From positions 1 through 60,929 of the forward strand of contig JBKCUU010000089.1 of NCBI GenBank assembly GCA_046318155.1: a DNA stretch of 60,929 nucleotides, written 5' to 3'. Source of the stretch: Bdellovibrio sp. (GTDB lineage: Bacteria; Bdellovibrionota; Bdellovibrionia; Bdellovibrionales; Bdellovibrionaceae). Positions within the stretch are counted from its first letter, which is position 1. Each line of letters begins with the position of its first letter. Below are positions 45,880 through 55,545 of this stretch, in pieces. The translations under genes were made by a program, and so were the position numbers. The notes beneath the pieces are model-generated. The model saw only the letters and a list, made by a program, of their open reading frames with translations. It was not told where the DNA came from and did not search any database.

Positions 45880-46080
45880 TTATCGTGATCGGTTTTCGAT
45901 CAAGCCCAAGGCGCGGTAGGTTTCCATCATTTCGACATGGCTCACGCTGGGCTTTTGAGCAGGGGCTTGTTCCTTGCGGCTCGAGAGCGACACAAACGGA
46001 AACAAAACCATTGAGAAAAGAATCAAAATTAAAAACTTGGTCACCGAAGTCCCCAGCCCGAAGGCGAAAGCCGAATTCAA
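45880..46080 (-). CDS. Possible small membrane or secreted protein (66 aa)
   Basis: Hydrophobic segment FLILILFSMVLFPFV; co-oriented with neighbours; start uncertain. Confidence 0.3.
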   Translation of the reverse strand: MNSAFAFGLGTSVTKFLILILFSMVLFPFVSLSSRKEQAPAQKPSVSHVEMMETYRALGLIENRSR

Positions 46081-46144
46081 GTGACTGGCTGATATCTAAT
46101 TCCGAGCGGACTGGCACTGCAATTTTAGACGAGCTGAAAAAACT

Positions 46145-46924
46145 TCAAGTGCGGGCTTGAGCGATTGGTAGTGAATCGTACATCGCTTGCATCCGCGAGC
46201 GGATCTTTTGAGCCTCGGACGCCAGTTGCAAACGCCTTTGAGTCTCGTCGTCTGAAAGTTGCTCGGCATTAAGCGCGGGCTTGTAGAGCTCTAGTTTCAT
46301 TCGAAAATGGGGAATCTTTTTAAGACGGACCGGTAGATTTAATGCCCCAGCCTCGAGCAGGCCTTGGCCAAAAAATCGACTAAAGGGCATCAAAAGCGCC
46401 CCCCATTCACGCGGGAGGGACACATCCAAGTTCCAAGTCTCGCTTCCGCGGTGAATGGCCAGTAGGATTGGCGCCTGAGTTCGAATCGCAAGTTCGACAA
46501 AGCGGGGCGACCGAAAGGGTTGAATTTGTGTCAAATCTCCAAAAAATGTGCGTGCGCCTTCGGGGAAAATCACCAGGTCTCGGCGCTTCTCCGCTTGAAA
46601 GTGAGTCAAAAGCTGTTCAAACCCAAGTGGCTCTTTTGATTGCGTGACGTACTCGGCAATAAACTGCGTGAGCGGAGTGGAGTAAAAAAACTTATCCACG
46701 ACTCCCATCGGGGTACGGTCACCGCCCCCTTTGCTGGCGGCCTCGGGCGCGAGCAAGGAGATCGCCGGGATCCAGCTCAATGCGGTCGCATGATTCAAAA
46801 TGACCATCAAGCGGGGGAATTGCATGATTTGGGCGAGCGGTGTCTCGGTTTCAATTTGGCTGTCTTGGCTGATGGAGTTATGCAGCGCTCTTAAGAAGGG
46901 CTCGTAATCTTGCAAGGTTCGCAT
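46145..46924 (-). CDS. PlsC-like (LPLAT) acyltransferase family protein
   Basis: ILNHATALSW, IFPEG, FVELAIRTQAPIL motifs. Confidence 0.75.
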   Translation of the reverse strand: MRTLQDYEPFLRALHNSISQDSQIETETPLAQIMQFPRLMVILNHATALSWIPAISLLAPEAASKGGGDRTPMGVVDKFFYSTPLTQFIAEYVTQSKEPLGFEQLLTHFQAEKRRDLVIFPEGARTFFGDLTQIQPFRSPRFVELAIRTQAPILLAIHRGSETWNLDVSLPREWGALLMPFSRFFGQGLLEAGALNLPVRLKKIPHFRMKLELYKPALNAEQLSDDETQRRLQLASEAQKIRSRMQAMYDSLPIAQART

Positions 46925-47631
46925 CAGATTCCCAGGTAACTGCGGCGAACGTCGTCGTTATCGAGCAACTCTTGTCCTGTACCTTGCAGGCCGATTTTGC
47001 CCGTTTCGAGCACGTAGGCCCTGTGGGAGATCTTGAGGGCCATCCGGGCGTTCTGCTCAACGAGCAAAACCGTCATTCCCTCGGAGTTCACTTTTTTGAT
47101 AATTTCAAAAATTTGCGCCACAATCCGAGGGGCTAATCCCAAGGAGGGCTCATCCAAAAGCAAAACTTCGGGCCGCCCCATCAGTGCTCTCGAGATCGCA
47201 AGCATTTGCTGCTCACCGCCCGATAGTGTTCCGGCCATCTGCTCACGGCGCTCTTTCAGTCGAGGAAACAGGTCAAAGCACTTCTCGAGGTCATTTTTGA
47301 TTTCGGATTTATCGCTTCGAAAGTAGGCGCCCATTTCAAGATTCTCGAACACGCTCATTTGCGCAAAAACGCCTCGGCCTTCGGGTGACTGGCAAAGCCC
47401 CATTGGCGCGCGCAAATAAGCGGGGACTTTCGAAATGTTTTTTCCTTTCAGTGAGATCACGCCCCTTGCCGGCAGCAATCCGGAGAGGGCTTTTAGCGTC
47501 GTGGTCTTACCTGCGCCATTTGCACCAATAAGCGAGACCACCTGGCCTTTTTCGACTTTAAAAGAAATGCCCTTGATGGCCTGAATTGAGTCGTAATTAA
47601 CAAAGAGATCTTGAACCTCGAGAATGCTCAT
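46924..47631 (-). CDS. livF: Branched-chain amino acid ABC ATPase LivF
   Basis: GANGAGKTT, PEGRGVF, LSGGEQQMLA, DEPSLGLAP. Confidence 0.95.
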   Translation of the reverse strand: MSILEVQDLFVNYDSIQAIKGISFKVEKGQVVSLIGANGAGKTTTLKALSGLLPARGVISLKGKNISKVPAYLRAPMGLCQSPEGRGVFAQMSVFENLEMGAYFRSDKSEIKNDLEKCFDLFPRLKERREQMAGTLSGGEQQMLAISRALMGRPEVLLLDEPSLGLAPRIVAQIFEIIKKVNSEGMTVLLVEQNARMALKISHRAYVLETGKIGLQGTGQELLDNDDVRRSYLGI

Positions 47632-48401
47632 GTGGCGTCCACTCCCAAGTAAGCTTCGATGACTTTTTGAGAAGATTGCACAACGGCGGGCGGCCCTTCT
47701 TCAATTTTGCAGCCGTGATCCAAGACCACGATGCGCTCGCAGATTCCCATGACCAGCTTCATGTCGTGTTCGATCAATAAAACAGTCAGCGAAAACTCGT
47801 TGCGAATTTTAGCAATGAGCTCCATCAAGTTGTGAGTTTCTTGGTGGTTCATGCCGGCGGCAGGCTCATCGAGGCAAATCATTTTGGGCTGAGTTGCCAA
47901 GGCTCTGACGATCTCAAGTTTGCGCTGCTCGCCGTAAGGCAGGGAGCCCGAAGGAAAATCGCGTTTGGCTTCGAGTCCAAAGATCGAGAGCAGGTGGCGT
48001 GCCCGCTCGATTTGTTCGGCTTCGATTTTGAGATAGCTGGCCGTGCGCATGACGGGGGCCAGGATTCCGTACTTGGCCAGGTGACTGCTGCCGACCAAAA
48101 CATTTTCGATCACAGATTGATCTCGAAACAATCGGATATTTTGAAAGGTGCGGGTCAGACCCTTGCGTGCGATTTGGTAAGGCTTCAGTCCATTCAGGAC
48201 CTGACCTTCAAAGACCACCGTGCCCTTTGTTGGTTCGTAAACACCCGTTAGCATGTTAAAGATGGTCGTCTTGCCCGCGCCGTTGGGGCCAATCAGCCCC
48301 ATCAGTTCACCGCGGCCGACGTGAAGGTCAACCGTATCGACGCATTTAAGTCCGCCAAACTGCATGGTGAGGCCGCGCGCCTCAAGAAGTTTTTCGGACA
48401 T
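47628..48401 (-). CDS. livG: Branched-chain amino acid ABC ATPase LivG
   Basis: GPNGAGKTT, RTFQNIRLF, LPYGEQRKLEI, DEPAAGMN. Confidence 0.95.
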   Translation of the reverse strand: MSEKLLEARGLTMQFGGLKCVDTVDLHVGRGELMGLIGPNGAGKTTIFNMLTGVYEPTKGTVVFEGQVLNGLKPYQIARKGLTRTFQNIRLFRDQSVIENVLVGSSHLAKYGILAPVMRTASYLKIEAEQIERARHLLSIFGLEAKRDFPSGSLPYGEQRKLEIVRALATQPKMICLDEPAAGMNHQETHNLMELIAKIRNEFSLTVLLIEHDMKLVMGICERIVVLDHGCKIEEGPPAVVQSSQKVIEAYLGVDAT

Positions 48402-49374
48402 ATTTCCTCACCAGTTCGGTGAACTCGGCGCTTCCAAAAAGACCTTTGGGTCTTAGGATCATCAACAAAATTAAACAGAGCGAGTAGATCACCATTCTGA
48501 GATCTACGCCCAAGAGCTGTTGTAACGGGCGCAAAAGTTCGGGCATCACGGTGACAAAGACGGCGGCGACAAGCGAACCCGTCAGGCTGCCCATGCCGCC
48601 CAAGACCACGATGATGACGGCGTCGATCGAGCGGTTGAATCCGAACGAAGCTGGATTTAAGTAATTTGCGTAGTGAGCAAAGATTGAACCCGCAACCCCG
48701 GCAAAAAAACTTGAAAGAACAAACGCGCGCACTTTTGCTTTGGTCGTATCAACGCCCATCGCCTCGGCCGCAATTTCATCATCACGAACAGAAAGGAAGG
48801 CCCGTCCATGAGCGCTTCGCACAACTCGCCAAATCATGAAGAAGCAAGCAAGCACCCAAAACAATGCATGGGTGTAGCTCATCATAAATTTGCTGACGGT
48901 CATAAATCCCAAATCCCAGTCGGTCGGTCCTGGAATTCCATAAAAGCCACGAGCGCCGCCCACGGCCGGCATGTTCAAAAGACTGACGCGGATAATTTCT
49001 CCGAAGCCTAGGGTCACGATAGCCAAATAATCCCCGCGCAATCTTAAAGAGGGGAGCCCGACGAGATACCCCGCAAAAGCGGCGGCAAATCCGCCCAAGA
49101 GTGCCATCAGAGGAAACGCCAACAAACCCAGACCGCCGGTCAACTCAGGAAGCAAAGTCGAAAGAAACGCCGAAAGATAAGCACCCACGGCCATAAAGCC
49201 GGCGTGCCCCAGTGAAAACTGCCCGGTAAAGCCATTCACCAAATTGAGCGACATCCCTAAAATCATGTTGATCATAATGTAAATCAGAATCAATTGAACG
49301 AACGCATCCAGCGCGAAGTCAGCGATGAATCCAAGGACAAGCAATCCAAAAAAGGTCAAAAGAGGTGTTCTCAT
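48382..49374 (-). CDS. livM: Branched-chain amino acid ABC permease LivM
   Basis: GQFSLGHAGF, LRLRGDYLAIVTLGFGEII. Confidence 0.95.
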   Translation of the reverse strand: MRTPLLTFFGLLVLGFIADFALDAFVQLILIYIMINMILGMSLNLVNGFTGQFSLGHAGFMAVGAYLSAFLSTLLPELTGGLGLLAFPLMALLGGFAAAFAGYLVGLPSLRLRGDYLAIVTLGFGEIIRVSLLNMPAVGGARGFYGIPGPTDWDLGFMTVSKFMMSYTHALFWVLACFFMIWRVVRSAHGRAFLSVRDDEIAAEAMGVDTTKAKVRAFVLSSFFAGVAGSIFAHYANYLNPASFGFNRSIDAVIIVVLGGMGSLTGSLVAAVFVTVMPELLRPLQQLLGVDLRMVIYSLCLILLMILRPKGLFGSAEFTELVRKYVRKTS

Positions 49375-50276
49375 CAGACTTTTTCGATTCCTTTTTTACC
49401 AAGCAGACCACTCGGTTTAAAGATCAAAATAACAATCAAAAGTCCAAACGCCAAAGCGTCCCGATACGTCGATGACAAGTAAGCGACAACCATTTCTTCC
49501 GAGAGGCCCATCAGCAATCCGCCCAAGACGGCGCCGGGAAGACTGCCAATTCCGCCCAAGACGGCCGCGACAAATCCTTTAATCCCGATCAGTGAACCCA
49601 TCAGGGGATCGATCTTGGGGTACTTCATACCCACAAGAACCGCGCCCACGCCCGCAAGCGAAGAGCCGACAACAAATGTAAATGAAATCACGCGGTCGGT
49701 GTTCACGCCCATGAGTGCTGCCACACTTGGATTTTGACTGACGGCACGCATGGCTTTTCCGATCTTGGTTTTAAAAATCAGAAAATTCAAAGCCAGCATC
49801 ATGATGACGGTGACGATCAGGACGGCGACATCAAGCGACTTGAGTTGGGCCACGCCGAAATCAATCAAAACCATATCTTCAAGAACTTTTGGAAAAACTT
49901 TGGGATCGGCACCAAAGAGAATTTGCGCCGAGTATTGAAGCAGTAAGCTGACACCGATTGCGGTAATCAAAATGTTGAGTTTGGGTGCTTTTCTCAACGG
50001 ACGGTAAGCGAAGCGTTCGATCGCCAGTCCTAACAGACTGCAGCCGATCATGGCGGCGGCCAGAAGGCAGGCGAGTGTCGAAATTCCCGGAGAGCTTTGA
50101 AGGCCCAAAAACATCGCCAAATAGTAAGCTGAAAAAGCGCCCACCATGTAAACATCAGAGTGGGCGAAATTGATCAGTTTCAGGATTCCGTAGACCATCG
50201 TGTATCCCAGTGCAATCAGAGCATAAATGCTCCCAAGACTGGTGCCGTTGATCAAATGTTGAATGAAATCCTGCAT
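49374..50276 (-). CDS. livH: Branched-chain amino acid ABC permease LivH
   Basis: YALIALGYTMVYGILKLINFAH, AAVLGGIG. Confidence 0.95.
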   Translation of the reverse strand: MQDFIQHLINGTSLGSIYALIALGYTMVYGILKLINFAHSDVYMVGAFSAYYLAMFLGLQSSPGISTLACLLAAAMIGCSLLGLAIERFAYRPLRKAPKLNILITAIGVSLLLQYSAQILFGADPKVFPKVLEDMVLIDFGVAQLKSLDVAVLIVTVIMMLALNFLIFKTKIGKAMRAVSQNPSVAALMGVNTDRVISFTFVVGSSLAGVGAVLVGMKYPKIDPLMGSLIGIKGFVAAVLGGIGSLPGAVLGGLLMGLSEEMVVAYLSSTYRDALAFGLLIVILIFKPSGLLGKKGIEKV

Positions 50277-50291
50277 GACCTCGATTTCACA

Positions 50292-51419
50292 TTAAGGATT
50301 GATCGATGTCACATATTTGTTCACGGCCCCTTGCACTTGGACAACAACGGCGCTCTTCGAAGCGTTGCGCTTTTCGTCAATCGTGATCTTGCCGGTCGCC
50401 GCTTGAAAATCTTTAATTTTGGCAAGCTCGTCGCGGATCGCCTTCGAGCTCAAATCCGGCGCGGCCTTTAAGGCGTGAATCAAGACCAGTGCAGCATCGT
50501 AACCCATCGCCGAGAGGCCATCAGGATTTTTACCATAACGAGCCTTGAACTTATTCATGAACTCAACCGAAGCGGGGTCGGTCGACTCACTTGAGTAGTG
50601 ATTTGAAAAATAGCTGCCATTGACGGCCTCTTGCCCAATTTCAGATAGCTTCGATGAATCCCAACCGTCGCCGCCCATCAAGATCGCCTTAATTCCAAGT
50701 TCGCGCACTTGGCGCGCGATCAAACCCACTTCCGTGTAGTAACCAGGGATGTAGATGCCATCCGGGTTCTTCGATTTAATTTGAGTCAGCTGAGCTTTGA
50801 AATCAACGTCGCCTGACTGGTACGTCTGTTCGGCCACGATGTTGCCGCCAAGTTCTTTGTATTTTTGCGTGAAGAAATCAGCCAGTCCCACCGAGTAGTC
50901 CGACTTCATATCTCGCAAGATTGCCACTTTTTTAAGCTTCAAGGTTTCAGTTGCAAACTTGGCCATGACGGTCCCTTGAAAGGGATCGATAAAACACACG
51001 CGAAAAATATAATCGCCGACTTCGGTGACTTTTGGATTGGTCGAAGAAGGAGTGATCATGGGGATTTTGCGGCCCTGCGCGATGGGAGCTGCGGCTAAAG
51101 ACCGAGAGCTGGCCACCTCGCCCAAGAGGGCCACAACTTTTTCTTGTTCGATAAGGCGAGTAACAACGGCCGCAGCCTCCTCGGCTTTACCTTGGTTGTC
51201 CATCGTCACGAGCTTGATTTTTTTACCTTTGATGCCGCCGGCAGCATTGGCCTCCTCGATGGCAAGCTTAACGCCTTGATCTGTCGAGATTCCGAAAGTG
51301 GCTTCAGAGCCAGTCATCGAGCCAAACTGCCCAATCACAATTTCATTTGTACTTTTTTTGGTGCAGGCTGAAAAAGACAGCAGGCCGAAAATCGAAAAAG
51401 CGATCAAGAAAAAACGCAT
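50292..51419 (-). CDS. livK: Branched-chain amino acid ABC substrate-binding lipoprotein
   Basis: Lipobox FSAC; TPSSTNP, FRVCFIDPFQG, GGDGW. Confidence 0.9.
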   Translation of the reverse strand: MRFFLIAFSIFGLLSFSACTKKSTNEIVIGQFGSMTGSEATFGISTDQGVKLAIEEANAAGGIKGKKIKLVTMDNQGKAEEAAAVVTRLIEQEKVVALLGEVASSRSLAAAPIAQGRKIPMITPSSTNPKVTEVGDYIFRVCFIDPFQGTVMAKFATETLKLKKVAILRDMKSDYSVGLADFFTQKYKELGGNIVAEQTYQSGDVDFKAQLTQIKSKNPDGIYIPGYYTEVGLIARQVRELGIKAILMGGDGWDSSKLSEIGQEAVNGSYFSNHYSSESTDPASVEFMNKFKARYGKNPDGLSAMGYDAALVLIHALKAAPDLSSKAIRDELAKIKDFQAATGKITIDEKRNASKSAVVVQVQGAVNKYVTSINP

Positions 51420-51483
51420 GGGAACTCCTCTAAAAACAGCAGTAAGATGAGTCTCCAAGTGTGGCAAGATCTCGGGCGCGGGG

Positions 51484-52473
51484 TCAAGTCGCAAGGCTGA
51501 CCGCCAGCTGCAAGATTTCTTGAGGAGTTGTCTTCACTTGAGTGAAGGCGTCTTCGAGAGAAATGGCAGTCACTTTGCCGCCCTGAACGCCCATGGCGAG
51601 GTCGCATTCGCCCAGCAGCAGGTGCTGCACGGCCGCAGCTCCCAAGCGCGAAGCCAAAATGCGGTCGTTGGCGGTTGGTGCGCCACCGCGTTGTTGGTGT
51701 CCGAGAATGCAAACCTTGGCGTCGAGATTGGCACGCTTGCGCAGCTGTTCGGCCAAATCGTAGGCCCGACCTGGCTTTTGGCCCTCGGCCGTAATCAAAA
51801 TCGAGCTGCGCTTTCCTTTTGCTTGGCCCGACTTAATTTTCTCGATCACTTTTTCAAGTGGGACCGGAAAGTCCGGCGCAAAGATTTCTTCTGCGCCGCC
51901 GGCAAGTCCAACGGCGGCGGCGATAAATCCCGAGTCGCGTCCCATCACCTCAACGATAAAAAGGCGATCGTGACTGTCGGCCGTGTCGCGAATTTTATCA
52001 ATGGCTTGTAACGCCGTATTCACGGCCGTATCAAAGCCGATGGTCTCGTCTGTTCCAAAAATATCATTGTCGATGGTGCCGGGCACGCCCACGATGGGAA
52101 ATTGGTGCTCGGCCCATAAGGCGTGCGCTCCCGCATAAGACCCATCGCCGCCAATGCAGACTGCGGCTTGGATGCCTTCTGTTGCTAAATTCTGCATGGC
52201 TTGCGCGCGAGCCTCAGGCTTTTGAAACTCCGGGCACCGACCTGTTTTTAAAATGGTGCCGCCGCGCTGAATGATATTGGCCATCGTTCGAAGTTGAAGC
52301 GCTTGAAACTGAGAGTTCAGCATGCCGCTGTAGCCGCCCAAGATACCGACGACTTCGAGGCCCGAGTTGATGCCGATGCGGGTGACGGCACGGATGGCTG
52401 CGTTCATTCCCGGGGCGTCTCCGCCGCTGGTGTAAACTGCAATTTTCTTGAGCTGCGTCTGAAATTTGGCCAT
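51484..52473 (-). CDS. pfkA: ATP-dependent 6-phosphofructokinase
   Basis: TSGGDAPGMN, GGDGS, PGTIDND, EVMGR. Confidence 0.96.
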   Translation of the reverse strand: MAKFQTQLKKIAVYTSGGDAPGMNAAIRAVTRIGINSGLEVVGILGGYSGMLNSQFQALQLRTMANIIQRGGTILKTGRCPEFQKPEARAQAMQNLATEGIQAAVCIGGDGSYAGAHALWAEHQFPIVGVPGTIDNDIFGTDETIGFDTAVNTALQAIDKIRDTADSHDRLFIVEVMGRDSGFIAAAVGLAGGAEEIFAPDFPVPLEKVIEKIKSGQAKGKRSSILITAEGQKPGRAYDLAEQLRKRANLDAKVCILGHQQRGGAPTANDRILASRLGAAAVQHLLLGECDLAMGVQGGKVTAISLEDAFTQVKTTPQEILQLAVSLAT

Positions 52474-52493
52474 CTTTGCTCCGGGCGGTCTCT

Positions 52494-52536
52494 AAAAAAT
52501 AAAAACGGGGCCCACTTCGCTAGTCGAGCCCCGTTT
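52494..52536 (-). terminator. Rho-independent terminator after the HU gene
   Basis: Minus strand AAACGGGGC..GCCCCGTTT followed by TTATTTTT. Confidence 0.75.
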
Positions 52537-52558
52537 CCAATCTGATATCAAGAAGGGA

Positions 52559-52831
52559 TTATTTCACCAAAGCTTTAAACTCGGAGCCAGCGCGGAATTT
52601 GGGCGCCCATGAAGCAGGGATTTTGATCGCTTTGCCAGTCTGGGGATTGCGACCAGTGCGGGCTTTGCGTTTTGCTTTTGTGAAGGTACCAAAACCGACA
52701 AGTTTTACGTCATCGCCTTTTTTCACTGCTTTTTTGATGTTTTCGAAAGCGCAGTTCAACAGGTTTTCTGTTTGTGCTTTAGACATATTTGCTTCAGCTG
52801 CGATTTTCTCAATCAACTGTTGTTTGTTCAT
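52559..52831 (-). CDS. hup: DNA-binding protein HU
   Basis: MNKQQLI, VGFGTF, ARTGRNPQTG. Confidence 0.96.
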   Translation of the reverse strand: MNKQQLIEKIAAEANMSKAQTENLLNCAFENIKKAVKKGDDVKLVGFGTFTKAKRKARTGRNPQTGKAIKIPASWAPKFRAGSEFKALVK

Positions 52832-53006
52832 CTCGAACTCCTTGTTCGTTGTTGGTTCTTAGTTCTGCCGTCCCTACAAACCTGATGAGAGTGCATTTTC
52901 GGGAGCCCGTCAAAAACTTTTTGCGAAATTTTCGCATTTCACCACAAGAATTTGTCAAGAAACGCACACATTGGTGCCCGCGAGGCGCCTGGAGTCATCA
53001 TTCTGG

Positions 53007-53252
53007 TTAATTGAGATCTTCATCTGAAGAGTTCTCTGAGTACTCATTTGATTGTTGAGTTAAAACATCTTCATGAAGATCAGTGGGTGCCGAAGGAATG
53101 CGAAAGCTCTCGTCAGCCCACTGTCCAAGATCAATCATCTTGCAGCGCTCAGAGCAAAAAGGACGGTAGGGATTTTCAGGAGAAAACAGGGCCCGTGTTT
53201 GGCAACGCGGGCATTTGACAAGTCTTTTGGGAGAAGCCGAATCAGAACTCAT
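53007..53252 (-). CDS. yacG: DNA gyrase inhibitor YacG
   Basis: [21 protein letters not shown]. Confidence 0.93.
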   Translation of the reverse strand: MSSDSASPKRLVKCPRCQTRALFSPENPYRPFCSERCKMIDLGQWADESFRIPSAPTDLHEDVLTQQSNEYSENSSDEDLN

Positions 53253-53266
53253 GGCCGAATTTTAGC

Positions 53267-54067
53267 TTAGTATCCGTAGCCGGTGAAGTAAGAACTGTCC
53301 ATGCCGCAGTATTGCGATTGGCAGATCACGCCGCGCCCATCAGCCGCCAATTGGCCATTGAAGTGGAGTTGGTAGTTCCAGCTTGGATCTTCAAGCTTGC
53401 CATTCGCCACTTGCAGTTGAAAGAGTTTGTTCCAAGCGTAGCTATTGCGGGGGCCATTGGCGCGGACTTCAAACCCACGGTTGTCATTAATGGGCCAGAT
53501 CGTCGCATCCAGAACCATCGGATCAAAAACACCCGCAGGAGATGACAAGTTGTAGCCAAACAACCCCAAGATAAACTGCTTAAAGTTCGGAAGGCTGTAG
53601 GAATAGTATCCGTAGCCACCGAGTTGAATATTGGGAGTCGAGCGGATGATCAACTTGACGGTCTGTGCCTGTGAAGCCTGTTGTCCATTCAAATAGATGA
53701 CCATGTCGTGCGCGCCCGAAAACCAAGTTTGGCAACCGGCAAGTCCGCCCGAGATCCCCGTGCGATCGCAAACACCCATCGCGTCTTTCAAGACTTGGTA
53801 CATACCTTGTCGGGGAACGAAAGTGCTGGCGTTGTTCACGTAACCAGGAGTCACGAGGTTTGAAGTTTGTGCGTAAGCGCCGGCTCTATAATTGATCGGA
53901 AGTCCGTAGGTGCAGCCATTGGCCGTGCACGTGGGAATAAGTCCCGAATAATTCGGCGATGTGTTGTCGTTACCTCCGCTTGTTCCGCACGCAGCAAGAA
54001 GTCCAGAGAGCAGAAAAACTGACATCACGGTCGTTACGGTCCATTTGTTGTACTGCTTCTTTTCCAT
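53267..54067 (-). CDS. Hypothetical Cys/Gly/Tyr-rich lipoprotein
   Basis: Lipobox LAAC; GAGG SD; three Cys pairs. Confidence 0.8.
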   Translation of the reverse strand: MEKKQYNKWTVTTVMSVFLLSGLLAACGTSGGNDNTSPNYSGLIPTCTANGCTYGLPINYRAGAYAQTSNLVTPGYVNNASTFVPRQGMYQVLKDAMGVCDRTGISGGLAGCQTWFSGAHDMVIYLNGQQASQAQTVKLIIRSTPNIQLGGYGYYSYSLPNFKQFILGLFGYNLSSPAGVFDPMVLDATIWPINDNRGFEVRANGPRNSYAWNKLFQLQVANGKLEDPSWNYQLHFNGQLAADGRGVICQSQYCGMDSSYFTGYGY

Positions 54068-54089
54068 CAGTCACCTCAATCGGGAGTAG

Positions 54090-54233
54090 TCCACAGATTG
54101 TGCCAGTTCATGCTAGTCTCAAAGGCACGTCATTTTGAGCTGAGCCCTGTTCAACTTTTAGTCGCTTGTGCAAGTGCCGTTTTTGGTTCTTCGCCCCGAT
54201 CGGGCCTGAGCGAATCCTGTCTCACTTTGAGAC
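54090..54233 (-). promoter_or_regulatory. Putative sigma54 promoter with upstream palindromic activator site
   Basis: Minus strand TGGCAC-N5-GTGGA at 54105-54090 (-12 imperfect); palindrome GTCTCA-N3-TGAGAC at 54219-54233. Confidence 0.45.
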
Positions 54234-54314
54234 GCTCGCAGGCGCTGGCCCTCTCAGTAACCAACGTGATTTTTCCGAGCCAGACAAGTGCTCAGAAACT
54301 AGTTTTAAAGCGAG

Positions 54315-55007
54315 TTAACGTGGGCTAAGGCGAGAGGTGTAGAGAGCCACTCCAAAAGAAAAAACAAACAAACTGATCCACGACGAGATTGACAGGCCGG
54401 CGAGTTGAGCGCCGCGAAAGTCGGCCCGGTAAAATTCCATGATGAAGCGTCCGATCCCATGCCAAATCAGCCATAAGGCAAAGATTTTACCAGGCGCGGG
54501 ATTGAATTTTTCTTTTCTGATCAAATACCAAAAAAGAAGGCCTTCCGTGATGAAGGCATAAACTTGCGTCGGGTGACGGCTTTGCATCGCCCAAGGCGCA
54601 TCACAAAAGTTTCCATAGCAACATCCGGCGACCAAGCAACCCAGTCGCCCAAATGCATATCCGAGTGCGATGACGGGAGCATAAAGGTCAGCCCACTTTA
54701 AGAAAGGCTCGCGGATCCAAAGCAGGTATCCCGCAGCTCCTGCGAGCGCAACTCCAAACCCACCAAAAAAAACAAACCCGCCTTCCCAAAAGCGCAAGAT
54801 CTGAAGAGGGTCACGAAGATAGAGTGAGGGGTATTCGTAGACGACATGAAAAAGGCGTGCGCCTATAAAACCGCCGATCATCAAGATCAGCGCCAAGTTC
54901 CAGGCTATTTTAAAGTCGACATCGCGTCGTTCGATCCGGAGGTAGGTGAAATAAATCAGAGCCGTGTAAAGAAGGCTTTGATAAATTTGATAAACAAGAG
55001 AGGTCAC
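54315..55007 (-). CDS. lgt: Prolipoprotein diacylglyceryl transferase
   Basis: GARLFHV, WEGG..FFGG, GRLGC..GCCYG, HPTQVY, RFIMEFYR. Confidence 0.93.
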   Translation of the reverse strand: MTSLVYQIYQSLLYTALIYFTYLRIERRDVDFKIAWNLALILMIGGFIGARLFHVVYEYPSLYLRDPLQILRFWEGGFVFFGGFGVALAGAAGYLLWIREPFLKWADLYAPVIALGYAFGRLGCLVAGCCYGNFCDAPWAMQSRHPTQVYAFITEGLLFWYLIRKEKFNPAPGKIFALWLIWHGIGRFIMEFYRADFRGAQLAGLSISSWISLFVFSFGVALYTSRLSPR

Positions 55008-55528
55008 GACCCCGGTTCCGCAGAAGATGTGTGGGTTGCCGCGCGTTCTTTGCGACCCTCAATAAACATCAGAATCAGCAGCGCGATCACACCGCCTACT
55101 ATCGCCATATCGGCAACATTAAATGCGGGCCAGGTGTATCGCTCTTTCCAATGAAAATCGAGAAAGTCGATCACATAGCGAAATCGCAAACGGTCAATGT
55201 AGTTTCCGATCGCTCCACCGAAAACGGAAGAGAGCGCTGCCACTTGCCAGTAATCGTTATCCTCGACCCCTCGGAGAATCAGCAAAATGATCAAGAGAGC
55301 GACAGGAGGCATGGCCAGAAAGAAAATTTCACGAAACGCCGGGTGGGTTTCTGCCAAAAATCCAAAGGCCGCACCAAAGTTACGAACATAGGTCAGATTA
55401 AAGAGACCCGGAAGAATGGGTGTGCTTTCACCGAGCTGGTAATTCATGTGGACATACATTTTCGTGATTTGATCCAACGCAACAATCAAAAATGAGATCG
55501 CGAAGAGAATCAGATAACGTTTTCGCAT
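55004..55528 (-). CDS. lspA: Lipoprotein signal peptidase II
   Basis: DQITK, NFGAAFG, GAIGNYIDR, VIDF, FNVAD. Confidence 0.96.
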   Translation of the reverse strand: MRKRYLILFAISFLIVALDQITKMYVHMNYQLGESTPILPGLFNLTYVRNFGAAFGFLAETHPAFREIFFLAMPPVALLIILLILRGVEDNDYWQVAALSSVFGGAIGNYIDRLRFRYVIDFLDFHWKERYTWPAFNVADMAIVGGVIALLILMFIEGRKERAATHTSSAEPGS

Positions 55529-55545
55529 ACCCACGGATCACCTCT

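Noticed and set aside
45578..46117. Minus-strand ORFs 45578-45844 and 45866-46117 as a read-through gene
   Set aside because: No recognisable motifs; better explained as shadows of the CapA-like relic and the 66 aa ORF
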